From: Candidatus Bathyarchaeota archaeon
Lineage (GTDB): Archaea; Thermoproteota; Bathyarchaeia; Bathyarchaeales; Bathycorpusculaceae
DNA: 64,000 bases
NCBI GenBank assembly: GCA_963832745.1
Contig: CAWHVC010000001.1
Coordinates: forward strand, 480,001 to 544,000
Reading direction: 5' to 3'
Both the position numbers and the translations under genes were made by a program. The notes below the pieces were generated by a model, which saw nothing but the letters and a program-made list of their open reading frames with translations, ran no database searches and had not been told where the DNA came from. Below are positions 9,325 through 19,334 of this stretch, piece by piece. The stretch's first letter is position 1, and each line of letters starts with the position of its first letter.

Positions 9325-9486
9325 ACTTCTCAGAGTTTGTGATACAATTTAACACTTTGCTATCAAATATCACAAGAAAATTCAATAACACACAACATGT
9401 ATTTTGGTTTTGGTTTCCTTGAGATGGTCAATACAAAATCGGATTTTTGCTATCTTTGTTGCATAAGTGGCATCTTATGTGCCCCT

Positions 9487-10557
9487 TTATTCTTGTGTTT
9501 TTTGTGGCAGGTGGATTATGAATTTTGTTCCTTTGCCTATTTGACTTTCAAAATCAATAGTGCCCCCTTGAGCTTCTACCAGCCGCTTCACAACAGATAA
9601 GCCCAAGCCTTGCCCTTTTGCTTTGGTTGTCATCATTGGCGTAAACAATTTAGGTTTGACTTCCTCGGGGATGCCTGTACCTGTGTCTTCAACGGTGATT
9701 ATTAGGACGTCTTCTTTTTTGTAAGTGGCGATTGCAAGTTTGCCTCCGAACGGCATGGCTTGAACAGCGTTTGTAGCCAGATTTGTTAGAATACGCTTAA
9801 GAAACGTTAATTCAATTTGGACTTTAAGGTTTCCCAATTTGCATGAGTGAGAAACATCAATATTGTTTGGGATGTCTATGTTTTCCAGAAAGCCTTCAAT
9901 TACCTCACAGAGATTCTCAACCTCAACTATTTCGGGGTTGAGTTTTCTGCTGTAATCCTGCAAGTCAGCCACTATCTTGTTGATGTACGTTACGTTTTTC
10001 TCTATCTCTTCTAAGCTTTCGGCAACATCTCTTTTCATCGGCATTTCTGGCATAGACGACAAAAAATCTTTTAACAAAAAAATGTCACTAGTAATAGCCT
10101 GAAGGGGATTGCGGATGTCGTGTCCAACCATGCCAGCTGTAGCCCCAATAGCAGCAAGCCGCTCTTTCTCTTGAACCTGACGTTCTAGATCCTTGCGATC
10201 AGTAATATCATTAAACAATACGGCGATTTTGTCGGTTGCTACGGGTATAAATTGTGTTTCAAACGTTCTTTTCATTTTGTTGTTATAATATTCGTAGCTT
10301 AGGGTTTGGCCTGTTTTGGCGGCTTCTATGGCGCAATCGTACCAACGTTGCTCCGCGCTTGGTGCGTACTGTTTTTTGCGTTTGCCTATTAGGTCCGCGG
10401 CTTTGGCTCCTGTTTGCCGTTCGTAAGCTGGGTTAACTTCCAAGAAAACAAAATCTTCCACGTTGCATTGCTCATCAAAAATCAACTCTAATAATTCGAA
10501 GCCTTGGTCAAGTCTTTCAATAAATTTAGTAAGAATTTCGTGGCTAAAAATAGACAT
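9487..10557 (-). CDS. PAS-domain sensor histidine kinase
   Basis: PAS (FLEVNPAYERQTG...DITDRK), HisKA GHDIRNPL, HATPase. Start placed at MSIFSH; the ORF track extends to 10617. Confidence 0.9.
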   Translation of the reverse strand: MSIFSHEILTKFIERLDQGFELLELIFDEQCNVEDFVFLEVNPAYERQTGAKAADLIGKRKKQYAPSAEQRWYDCAIEAAKTGQTLSYEYYNNKMKRTFETQFIPVATDKIAVLFNDITDRKDLERQVQEKERLAAIGATAGMVGHDIRNPLQAITSDIFLLKDFLSSMPEMPMKRDVAESLEEIEKNVTYINKIVADLQDYSRKLNPEIVEVENLCEVIEGFLENIDIPNNIDVSHSCKLGNLKVQIELTFLKRILTNLATNAVQAMPFGGKLAIATYKKEDVLIITVEDTGTGIPEEVKPKLFTPMMTTKAKGQGLGLSVVKRLVEAQGGTIDFESQIGKGTKFIIHLPQKTQE

Positions 10558-10603
10558 TTTGACTACATGTGATATTCTTGCGAAAAATAATAAACAATTC
10601 GGA

Positions 10604-10852
10604 TTAATCCAGCCCAAAGTTTCTAACGGGCATGCCTATTTTTCTTTCTTTAAACGTGTTTCCGCCAAAAAAAATAGTTATTGCCATTATCACAAAAGCT
10701 TCTATAATTAGAACGGTTTTATTTTGATTTGACCAATTGCTTTCAAGCGTTGATTGAGCCCCAGTTGTTGTAGGTATAGCTGTAAGAGTGTCTGCTGGTG
10801 TTGGTGCAATTACTTTAAAGCTAACCCTATCCCCAAGACTGGTTTGCTTCAA
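10604..10852 (-). pseudogene. Possible 3' remnant of a membrane-anchored surface protein
   Basis: Pro/Thr-rich linker, hydrophobic helix and KERK tail, with no upstream domain. Confidence 0.3.
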
Positions 10853-10991
10853 CTACAGTGCAAGCCAATATACCTGTTAAAAAAATAGGGAACATTGAAA
10901 CAAGTAACGCTTTCTTATTTGCTGCTTCATAACTTCGACGATTACTGGATTTCAGTTTGCTTAGAGCTTTATTTCAAAATCCGTTTAAATT

Positions 10992-13490
10992 TCAACTGTA
11001 CGGGTACGCTTCAATATTTAGTATGCTCTCAAACTTTTCAAGGCTTAAATCAGCTTCAACTTTGCAGCCCACCGTTTTAAGCTGGTTAGGCAGCAAATCA
11101 AAAAAGTTATCCTCATAAGCAATCTTGAAGCCTTCAAGTTTGAGGTGCACCCCCTTGGCGTAAACGTTTGAGGCAAGGGTTACTTCAAATTTTCCAACGT
11201 CAGTTTTGCGGATGATAGTTTGGATTTGAGGTTTTGGCAGCTTTAACTCTTTAGGTTCCCTAACTGTTCGTGTATCCATGTAAACCATTTTGCCAGCGCT
11301 CTCCAACGTTACAGCTAAGACGCAGTCATCAAGCAACGGCAAATCTTCACATGCCACCTCCAGAACAGACTCTGAAGTGAAAGCGTCAGGATACACCTGC
11401 TTTTTGGTTTCATGCAGGATTTTGCCGTTAAACCTGAGGACTTGGAATGTAAAGTTAAGGTCAGCCTGCTTGTCTGTTTCGTTTATAGCGTAGCAGGTAA
11501 CTTGGTCGTCTTTTATTATTAGGGAGGCAATGACTGGTTTGAAGGCACGTTTTACAGTGTAATAAGCGGCTTTTGGGTTTACTCCATAATCGATTAAGCT
11601 CCAGCTGATGACGGGCCAGCAATCGTTAAGTTGCCATATCAAGCAACCACTGGTTTTGAACATTCGACTTCTCCAATGGGTAATAGCCGTTTTAAGTGCA
11701 TCACCTTGGTTCAGTTGGCTATAGAGCACAAACAGCCGTAAGTCGTCGGGGACGGGATAATGCACAGCCAAGAGTGCACGTAGAATTTCCAAGCCGCCAT
11801 TCTGCTTCTCGTGAGCTTTGAATGCTTGCGAGTTAGGGTTCAAGTCAGCGTCTTCCAAGTAAGCTTGTAGCAGAGCCATTGTGGGAAGCGCCTGCCAACC
11901 GAATTCCGAAATAAACCGTCCATTGTCTTTAAGGTATGCGGGGTAATCGATGCCTTGGCTCCAAACTTCCCAGTTGTGCCTGTCGCCTTCATGCTTACCG
12001 CTTGAGTCTTCGCCTCCGAACGGGGAGCTTGGACGATACGGGCGTGTTGGGTCAAGAAACTTTGAAGTCTGCAATAGGAGATGCTCGTAGATTTCTGAAC
12101 CGTAGAGGCGTTCAACTTTGTCGCGGGTGCGCCAGAGGATGTTGTGTAGCCACTGGTTTTCGTTGTTGCCGCACCAAACCACAATGGATGGGTGTCCTCT
12201 TAGGCGTAGTACAGCTTCCATGGCTTCTCTTTCAGCTTCACGCAGGAACCATTCTTCTTCAGGGTAACCAGCGCAGACGTACATGAAATCCTGCCAAACC
12301 ATAATCCCCAACCAATCGCACAGACTGTAGAAGGCGTCGTCTTCATATACGCCTCCGCCCCAAACCCGTAACATGTTGAAATTTGCTTCTGCAGCCAACA
12401 TCAACAGTTTGAAGTATTGCTCATAATTTACTTTAGGCAGAAACGAGTCTGCGGGTACCCAGTTTGCGCCTTTACAGAAAACGTTTTGGCCGTTGATTCT
12501 AAAAATGAAGGTTTTGCCTTCCTCATCAGGCTCCTCTATTAGCTCAATTTTTCGTATGCCCACTTTAACGCTGGCATCTTCTAACCGTTCGCTGCCTGAC
12601 CACAGTTGCACGTTGACGTCGTACAGGTTGGGTTCCCCGTAACCTCTGGGCCACCACAAATGCGGCTCTTCCACATCTAAGGTGCATTCAGCAAAGTTCC
12701 TGCCTTCTTTTACCTGCACCACGGTTTCTTGTTTAATGTTTTGCCCAAAACCTACAAGAGCAAACTTGACATTCAACTCGATGTTTTTTATGGCATAAAC
12801 TTCTGCGGCAATCTTGATTTTCGCTTTTTCCTTGAAAACTTCAACTGGTAAACCTGAGATGTAACCGAGCCGTGCAGTGTTGTAAGCGACAACTTTTGCT
12901 TCACGCCAAATTCCTGAAGTAGGCAAAGTGGGTCCCCAGTCCCAACCGAAAGAGTATTGCGCTTTTCGAACGTAAGGTCGGGCTGAGAAGTTGTCCGAGC
13001 AGAGGCATGTGTATTTGTGTTTGTGTTTCTCTTCAAGTTCACTAGCGATTTTGTAAATGGGTTTGAAACGTATTGCAACAACGTTTTTTCCCTCTTTTGC
13101 GACGTCTTTGATGTTGAAACGCCAGGGAGTAAACATGTTGCTTGCTTCCCCCACTTTTACGTCGTTAACCCAAACCGTCGCGTAAGTATCAAGACCAGCA
13201 AAAACCAGCTCTACAACGTCACGGTTTATCATGTCGCTGGTTAGGTCGACTTCTTTTCTGTACCACCATTCGCTCTCGTTTACCCATTGTACTTCACGTT
13301 CGTTATTGCCTCTGAATGGGTCGGGAATTAACTGGTTAGCTAGAAGGTTTGTGTGTGCTGTTAAGGGTGCTTCAGCCAGCAGCCAATCGTCAACTTTGGC
13401 GTCAATGGCATACGCTTTTTGTTCTTCACCGTTTAATTCTTTGAAGCCTTTAAATCTCCAAAGTCCGCCTAAGAGAACTTCAACTGGCAA
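10992..13490 (-). CDS. Beta-mannosidase, glycoside hydrolase family 2, cytoplasmic
   Basis: FGWDWGP, KGANWVP, NMLRVWGGG, WCGNNE (acid/base), ISEFG (nucleophile), WQLNDCWP. No signal peptide. Confidence 0.92.
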   Translation of the reverse strand: MPVEVLLGGLWRFKGFKELNGEEQKAYAIDAKVDDWLLAEAPLTAHTNLLANQLIPDPFRGNNEREVQWVNESEWWYRKEVDLTSDMINRDVVELVFAGLDTYATVWVNDVKVGEASNMFTPWRFNIKDVAKEGKNVVAIRFKPIYKIASELEEKHKHKYTCLCSDNFSARPYVRKAQYSFGWDWGPTLPTSGIWREAKVVAYNTARLGYISGLPVEVFKEKAKIKIAAEVYAIKNIELNVKFALVGFGQNIKQETVVQVKEGRNFAECTLDVEEPHLWWPRGYGEPNLYDVNVQLWSGSERLEDASVKVGIRKIELIEEPDEEGKTFIFRINGQNVFCKGANWVPADSFLPKVNYEQYFKLLMLAAEANFNMLRVWGGGVYEDDAFYSLCDWLGIMVWQDFMYVCAGYPEEEWFLREAEREAMEAVLRLRGHPSIVVWCGNNENQWLHNILWRTRDKVERLYGSEIYEHLLLQTSKFLDPTRPYRPSSPFGGEDSSGKHEGDRHNWEVWSQGIDYPAYLKDNGRFISEFGWQALPTMALLQAYLEDADLNPNSQAFKAHEKQNGGLEILRALLAVHYPVPDDLRLFVLYSQLNQGDALKTAITHWRSRMFKTSGCLIWQLNDCWPVISWSLIDYGVNPKAAYYTVKRAFKPVIASLIIKDDQVTCYAINETDKQADLNFTFQVLRFNGKILHETKKQVYPDAFTSESVLEVACEDLPLLDDCVLAVTLESAGKMVYMDTRTVREPKELKLPKPQIQTIIRKTDVGKFEVTLASNVYAKGVHLKLEGFKIAYEDNFFDLLPNQLKTVGCKVEADLSLEKFESILNIEAYPYS

Positions 13491-13874
13491 CTGTATCCCC
13501 TCAGCAAATACGCTGCTGAATCAAATTAATATTGCTAATGCATAAAAGATTGAATATACTGGGAATAATTTGAAAAAAAAGTTTAAACTTACAAGTTAAT
13601 GCCTGATTAGTTTTCAATTAGTATGTTGTTTGCTAAAAAAGGGGGGCAATGTTAACTTTTTTTTAATTTTTCAAAATTGTTATTGCCTTTTTCTTTACTC
13701 CCTTTTGCTGACGGGTTTGTGCTCAAATTCAGACACGCCAAAAGAGCGGTTTTTGAAATGCCCCTTGATTCGTGGCCATAAATTTTGTAGGGACTGCATA
13801 AACCTTTAATAATTGGAAGACTGATGTGTAAAACGAATTTCATATCTAAGTATAGTTAAAAGAGGAAGTAATGT

Positions 13875-15179
13875 ATGAGCAAATCCGATAAACCCCACTT
13901 AAATATTATCATTATGGGGCACGTTGACAACGGCAAATCAACAACCACCGGACACTTACTGTATCTGGCAGGCGTTATCGACCAAAGAACAATAGACGCG
14001 TACCAAGCAGAAGCCGAAGCAATGGGCAAAGGCACATTCCACTTCGCGTGGGTACTTGACAACTTAAAGGAAGAACGTGAACGCGGTGTCACAATCGACC
14101 TTCGATTCCTACAATTCCCAACAAAGAAATACAACATGACCGTTATTGACGCACCAGGCCACAGAGACTTTATCAAGAACATGATCACTGGCGCAAGCCA
14201 AGCCGACGCAGCAGTCCTCTTCAGTTCAGCCAAGAAAGGCGAATTCGAAGCAGGCATTGGAGCTGGCGGTCAAACACGTGAACACGCATTCCTTGCATTC
14301 ACTTTAGGTATACGCCAATTAATTGTTGCCATCAACAAGATGGACGATAACACAGTTAACTGGAGCAAAGACCGCTACGATGAAATGAAGAACGAAATCT
14401 CAAGAATGCTCCGCATGGTCGGCTTCAAACTTGAGAAAATCAATTTCGTTCCAGTTTCAGGCTGGACAGGCGACAACTTGCTCAAGAAGAGCGACAAGAT
14501 GCCATGGTACACTGGTCCAACCTTAATGGAAGCATTCGACCTATTAGAACTTCCAGCAAAACCAACAAACAAACCACTCCGTGTTCCAGTCCAAGACATT
14601 TACACAATCACCGGCATCGGTACAGTCCCAGTCGGCAGAGTAGAAACAGGCATACTAAAACCAGGACAAAGCCTAATCTTCATGCCATCCAACAAGACCG
14701 CTGAAGTCAAATCCATCGAAATGCACCACACCAGCATCCCAATGGCAGAACCAGGCGACAACATCGGCATGAACGTTAGAGGCATCGCAAAGAACGATGT
14801 TCACCGCGGAGACGTTGCAGGTCCAGTTGACAACCCCCCAACAGTCGCAAAAGAATTCATCGGCCAAATCATCGTTATATACCACCCAACAGCAATCGCA
14901 GCAGGCTACACACCAGTACTTCACTACCACACAGGTCAAATCGCAGTCAAATTCGTTGAACTAATCAAGAAAATCGACCCACGCACAGGCCAAGTGTCAG
15001 AAGAACACCCATCCTTCCTAAAGACAGGAGACGCAGCATGGGTACGCATGGAACCATTCCACCCAATCGCAATCGAAGCATTCACAGACTTCCCAGAACT
15101 CGGCAGATTCGCAATCCGAGACATGGGCACCACCGTCGCAGCAGGCGCAGTCAAAGAAGTAACCAAGAAAGGGCCATAA
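13875..15179 (+). CDS. tuf: Translation elongation factor aEF-1alpha
   Basis: GHVDNGKST, ERERGVTID, DAPGHRDF, NKMD, LGRFAIRDMG; strong codon bias. Confidence 0.98.
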   Translation: MSKSDKPHLNIIIMGHVDNGKSTTTGHLLYLAGVIDQRTIDAYQAEAEAMGKGTFHFAWVLDNLKEERERGVTIDLRFLQFPTKKYNMTVIDAPGHRDFIKNMITGASQADAAVLFSSAKKGEFEAGIGAGGQTREHAFLAFTLGIRQLIVAINKMDDNTVNWSKDRYDEMKNEISRMLRMVGFKLEKINFVPVSGWTGDNLLKKSDKMPWYTGPTLMEAFDLLELPAKPTNKPLRVPVQDIYTITGIGTVPVGRVETGILKPGQSLIFMPSNKTAEVKSIEMHHTSIPMAEPGDNIGMNVRGIAKNDVHRGDVAGPVDNPPTVAKEFIGQIIVIYHPTAIAAGYTPVLHYHTGQIAVKFVELIKKIDPRTGQVSEEHPSFLKTGDAAWVRMEPFHPIAIEAFTDFPELGRFAIRDMGTTVAAGAVKEVTKKGP

Positions 15180-15250
15180 ACCCTTTAACCCTTTTTAATC
15201 CTGAATTTTTAGGGTTTTATTTTTTGTTTTTAAATTTTTAAAATATTTTC
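15180..15250 (+). terminator. Oligo-T terminator region after tuf
   Basis: Multiple T runs and a short ACCCT/AGGGT inverted repeat immediately after the stop. Confidence 0.45.
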
Positions 15251-15418
15251 TTATTGGAATGTTCATTTACCCTTTTTAACGTTCAAACCGCGCTAAACAG
15301 CAATCAGCTTACAGGGTACAATGACTTGTCTGTTAGAACGTACATAAATCATTTTTTTTTATCTTGTGTCCTTTCTGTAATATTTCTTATTATACTGCGG
15401 GTAACATAATTCTACGAT

Positions 15419-15547
15419 ATGAAAACGATAAAGGTTTCAGATGAAGTTCATGCAAAACTAACCAAAATGCTTGGCGAGAGGATTGCTAAAACAGGAAAAA
15501 TAGAGACTTATAATGAAGTGCTCTTGTATCTTCTTAACAAAACTTGA
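15419..15547 (+). CDS. Small RHH/antitoxin-like DNA-binding protein (42 aa)
   Basis: Not in the ORF track. MKTIKVSDEVHAKLTKMLGE...TYNEVLLYLL matches the archaeal VapB-like/RHH pattern. Confidence 0.7.
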   Translation: MKTIKVSDEVHAKLTKMLGERIAKTGKIETYNEVLLYLLNKT

Positions 15548-15589
15548 TTCATTTTTAGATTAAAAAAGAAAAAATTGGATTAACCAATT

Positions 15590-16737
15590 TTATGGTGTTA
15601 CACTGATAGAGTCAACGTTTAATTGTGCGCTGCTTCCATTATTGTATACAAGAACGTTTACATACCTGAACGCGTTGGAAGAGTATCCGCAGTCTATCCA
15701 GCTTGGTGTTGTTGAAGAAATTATTTTGTCCGTTACGGTAGCGGTCCATGTCTGTTTGTCATTTGAGATGTAAACATACATATGGCTATTATAACCCGCG
15801 CTTGAGTAACCATAAATTTCAATTTTGCCCGTAGCTTGTTGGTTTAAAGTTGCGCTAAATCTCCCTGTTTCACCATTATTATATGCATAAATTGTTGCAT
15901 ACTGACCATCGTTGGTATTTCCTTGTACGTATGTGGGGTTATTGACTCTCTCATTGTAAGCGGGGTCTATGCTTGAGGCGTAATAAGATGTATTACTGTA
16001 TGTTTTTTGAACAAAGTCATTATTTTGCTGTAAGGATTATAAATTGCGTTTGAAAGATGCCCTGCACTTACAAAGAGATATTGATTATCGGATATGGTTG
16101 CGTTTTGTCCTATGCTTATTCCATTTCCTCCAACGTGTCCGACTGTTTTCTCATGATTGAAATTGATTAATCCCGCTTTTATTTCGCCGTTAATATACAT
16201 GCCGTTACATGGTTGACTTGACCAAACATTTGCTTTGATAAATGGTGCATGAAGTTTGCAATCTTGTCCTATGTCGATGCCTGTTAAATTTGATGTGTCT
16301 TTCAGCGATATTCCTACATCATCTATATGTGAGAAACTAAAGCTACCTGTACCAGTTCCTTTTGTGAATTGAATTCCTTTATTTACCCAGGCCATGCGGA
16401 TGTGTTCCATTCGTGTGGATTCCGACCATTTATTTGTAGTTGCAGTTACTTTAATTCCTACGTCAACGTTTTTTATACTGATGTTACGGATTTGACAATT
16501 ATAGACATCACTTAATTCGATCGCTGTTTCACTTCCAGTGTCGCCTAAAAGCACGATGTTTTCAATTGATGCGTTTTTGTTTAAATCACCGAAATTTGAT
16601 GCTACTCTGATGATTGGACTAGCGGATGACCTGATGGTGACAATTTTGCTGCCAGTACCTCTGAGAAGTCCATCAGCTGGAAGATCGATAGTATAACTAA
16701 ATGTTTGATCTTGTGAATATTCAATTAAACTACTCAT
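15590..16737 (-). pseudogene. Beta-helix (pectin-lyase-like) protein with C-terminal beta-rich domain, split by one frameshift near 16022-16026
   Basis: The frame of ORF 15590..15781 stays open upstream to about 16025 (NDFVQKTYSNTSYYASS...GKIEIYGYSSAGYNSHMYVY). Adding one A at AGCAAAATAATGAC joins it to ORF 15967..16737. Confidence 0.75.
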
Positions 16738-16785
16738 TTTTTAATTCCTCTTTTGATTTTTCATTTTTCCATTGACAAAAGAAAG

Positions 16786-16815
16786 CATTAAAGAAGACGA
16801 ATAATTACTGAAATA
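16786..16815 (-). promoter_or_regulatory. Shared operator+TATA motif, copy 1
   Basis: Minus strand TATTTCAGTAATTATTCGTCTTCTTTAATG, about 50 nt upstream of ATG 16737. Confidence 0.7.
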
Positions 16816-16921
16816 AGAGATGAAAAAGTTAATTTTGGCGAGAACATTTCAAATTAAAAACAAGATAACTAATTCAAAAAAAATAAGAGTTTGATAGGTT
16901 TAGTGTAAATAACTTTTCAAA

Positions 16922-17758
16922 CTATGCTCTTTTAATATATTCAGGTCTTCCGTAGGTATTAAGTACACTGCCGTTTGGTACAGTGTTAGGCGGTGTACCG
17001 TCATGGTGTAACCCTAATGTTTGTTCGCCAGCACTAAATATTTGTTGATTATAATCTTCGGTGCTTGAAACAGCAACAACAGCGTTTTGGCCTAATTGGA
17101 TTCCATAATTATCATTGTATTCAGAATCCAGACTTTCAGTTGTTAAGTCAATCAAACTATATTTAATTTCGCCATCAACGTACAAACCTCTAAGATTATT
17201 GTCATGTAACTAAACGTTTGCTTTTATGAATGAATTATGCAGCTTGCAACCTGTACTTAAGTAAATGCCTATTCTGCCTCAATCAGATGCCGGGTAGGTC
17301 TGTAAACTCATGCTTGTGTCAGCAATAAACGTAAATCCAAAGTCGCCTGTACTGCCTGTACTTTTTTCAAATAGAATTCCTTTGCGAATATACTTCATTC
17401 GAACATGTTCAATATGGTTTGCTTGACACCACTTTTGATTTGTTCTAAGTTTAATGCCTTCTTTACACCATTGGATGCCAACATTCCTGATCTGGCAATT
17501 GTAAACATCTTCAAGTAAAATTGCAGTTTGTCCGGTTGCTTCGGTTTGATCGGTTCCTCTTAGTATTATATTTTCGATAACGGCACTTTTTGTTATATCC
17601 CCAAAATTTGAATCTACCTGAACAATTGGGTTTGCACTGGAAGTAATTATTACTTTTCTACTTCCGTTAATTCCTCTCAGAATTCCATCAGCAGGTAAAT
17701 GGATGGTCGTTGTTAAAGTTGTTGGGGGATCATTATCAAACTCATAGGTTTCAGACAT
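16922..17758 (-). pseudogene. Beta-helix protein paralog interrupted by two in-frame stops (TGA 17279-81, TAG 17210-12)
   Basis: ORFs 17279..17782 and 16922..17185 share a frame. The intervening GRIGIYLSTGCKLHNSFIKANV*LH aligns with paralog GIDIGQDCKLHAPFIKANVW. SD GGAGG precedes ATG 17758. Confidence 0.8.
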
Positions 17759-17805
17759 ATTTTTTCCTCCATTTTTTTTCAACTAAACATTTCAGCGGAA
17801 GATTA

Positions 17806-17835
17806 CTTTAAAGAAAACGAAATATTACCGAAATA
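17806..17835 (-). promoter_or_regulatory. Shared operator+TATA motif, copy 2
   Basis: Minus strand TATTTCGGTAATATTTCGTTTTCTTTAAAG, about 48 nt upstream of ATG 17758. Confidence 0.7.
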
Positions 17836-17959
17836 TGCCTCCGGTAGTTTGGTCTAATATTTTAAAAACCTCAGAGTAAAAATTGATTAACTGGGTTATA
17901 GCAGTTTGTGAAGACAGCCTGCTACAGTGATTTTAAAAAAAGAAAAATAGACTTTCTTG

Positions 17960-19267
17960 TTATCTCTTTGTTTTACTTTTCCTAAAAAATATGGTTAAAA
18001 TTACAAATGTTACAACAAAAACAATTAATGCGGCTAATGGTATTTGCCAAGTTTCAATGAAACTAGACGCGTTTACAGTTTGTGAAGGTGTTTCGCTTGG
18101 AAGAGTATCATAGACAATTTTAGCCGCCCATATCGCTCTATTCTCCGAGAAGCCTTTGTATCCTGTAAAAATGTAACTGCCATCGTTGGCAACGGCAACC
18201 GATAAAATATATGGTTCTTTACCTTTAGCAAAGTTTTCACTCCATTGTAACTTGCCCGAGGCGCTGCATTTGGCAATAATTCCCACGTCACCGTTGCCTC
18301 CTGCAAAAACGTATCCGCCCTCTTTAGTTTGTGCTATTGATCTAAAAGCAACCGGAAAAGAGTCATTAAAATTTTGGCTCCATTGTATATTTCCCGCAGA
18401 ATCAACCTTAATAATGCGACCAAATTGATCGGAAAATCCGCTAAGCACAAACCCGCCATCGGCACTTTTAATAAGTGAATCGCATTCATCGCCTGAAGAT
18501 TCTCCATAGCGTTTTTCCCACTGGGTATCGCCTACACGGTTAATCTTGACAAGCCACATATCTTGCTGACCTGCTGACTGATATGTGGTGGCTCCAGCAA
18601 AAACATACCCATCACTATTTTCAACAATTGAATAAATGTCGCTGTATACTCCAGGATTTACTTTACCGTAAGTTTTGTTCCATAGTACGTTCCCATTTGA
18701 ATCAGTTTTAACAAGCCTGCCCTCTGAATAAAAATAAGGCTTATCGCCACCACCGACACCGACAATAACAAATCCATTATCACTTGTCTGGATTACTGAC
18801 CTGACTGAAACATCAGACCTATCGGGAAATGTATCATAAGTCTTATTCCATTGAAGGACTCCTTGAGAATCGATTTTACATAAGGTTCTTCCAGACAAGA
18901 CAGCAAAACCGTTATCGCTTGTCAAAATTGCATCATTAATGGAACCAAAAGACCCGTAATTTTTTGTCCATTGAATACTCCCTTGTGAATCAATTTTGAT
19001 GAGCACCATGCTTTCATTACTCCAGCCACCTGGTTCACGCGTCTGTACCCATTGCTCAGTGCCCCCAACTATAAGGTATCGGCGGTCATTCAGCGCTAAG
19101 ATGTTTGTACCATAGAAAGGATTAAACGTTTTATCCCATTCAACATTAGGTATTGCTATATTGTTCGTATTGCTTGGAAGCTGCAGAGTTATCTCAGTAT
19201 AAAAAACGCTAATAATAAGGCATAACATGAAAATTTTTTTAGAGGTTATATTCTTCTTATTAGTCAT
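17960..19267 (-). CDS. Secreted, C-terminally anchored beta-propeller-like repeat protein
   Basis: Signal peptide, about 7 repeats of (LV)KxDSxGxxxWxKxYG / QTSDxGFV, Pro/Thr linker, TM helix, RKSKTKR tail. Confidence 0.8.
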   Translation of the reverse strand: MTNKKNITSKKIFMLCLIISVFYTEITLQLPSNTNNIAIPNVEWDKTFNPFYGTNILALNDRRYLIVGGTEQWVQTREPGGWSNESMVLIKIDSQGSIQWTKNYGSFGSINDAILTSDNGFAVLSGRTLCKIDSQGVLQWNKTYDTFPDRSDVSVRSVIQTSDNGFVIVGVGGGDKPYFYSEGRLVKTDSNGNVLWNKTYGKVNPGVYSDIYSIVENSDGYVFAGATTYQSAGQQDMWLVKINRVGDTQWEKRYGESSGDECDSLIKSADGGFVLSGFSDQFGRIIKVDSAGNIQWSQNFNDSFPVAFRSIAQTKEGGYVFAGGNGDVGIIAKCSASGKLQWSENFAKGKEPYILSVAVANDGSYIFTGYKGFSENRAIWAAKIVYDTLPSETPSQTVNASSFIETWQIPLAALIVFVVTFVILTIFFRKSKTKR

Positions 19268-19334
19268 CTTGAATAATACGATATTGCAAAGATATAAATT
19301 TTTTTAAAAAAAGAAAAAAGGAATAAAAATTAAG

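Noticed and set aside
13856-15166. Antisense ORFs over tuf, and similar ones over uvrAB, ileS, gatDE, the GH2 gene and the kinases
   Set aside because: Shadow frames of well-supported genes with no independent motifs.
17210-17281. Programmed Sec/Pyl recoding of the TGA and TAG
   Set aside because: Paralogs have Trp at the TAG position, TGA and TAG end many normal genes in this window, and no Sec/Pyl machinery is visible.
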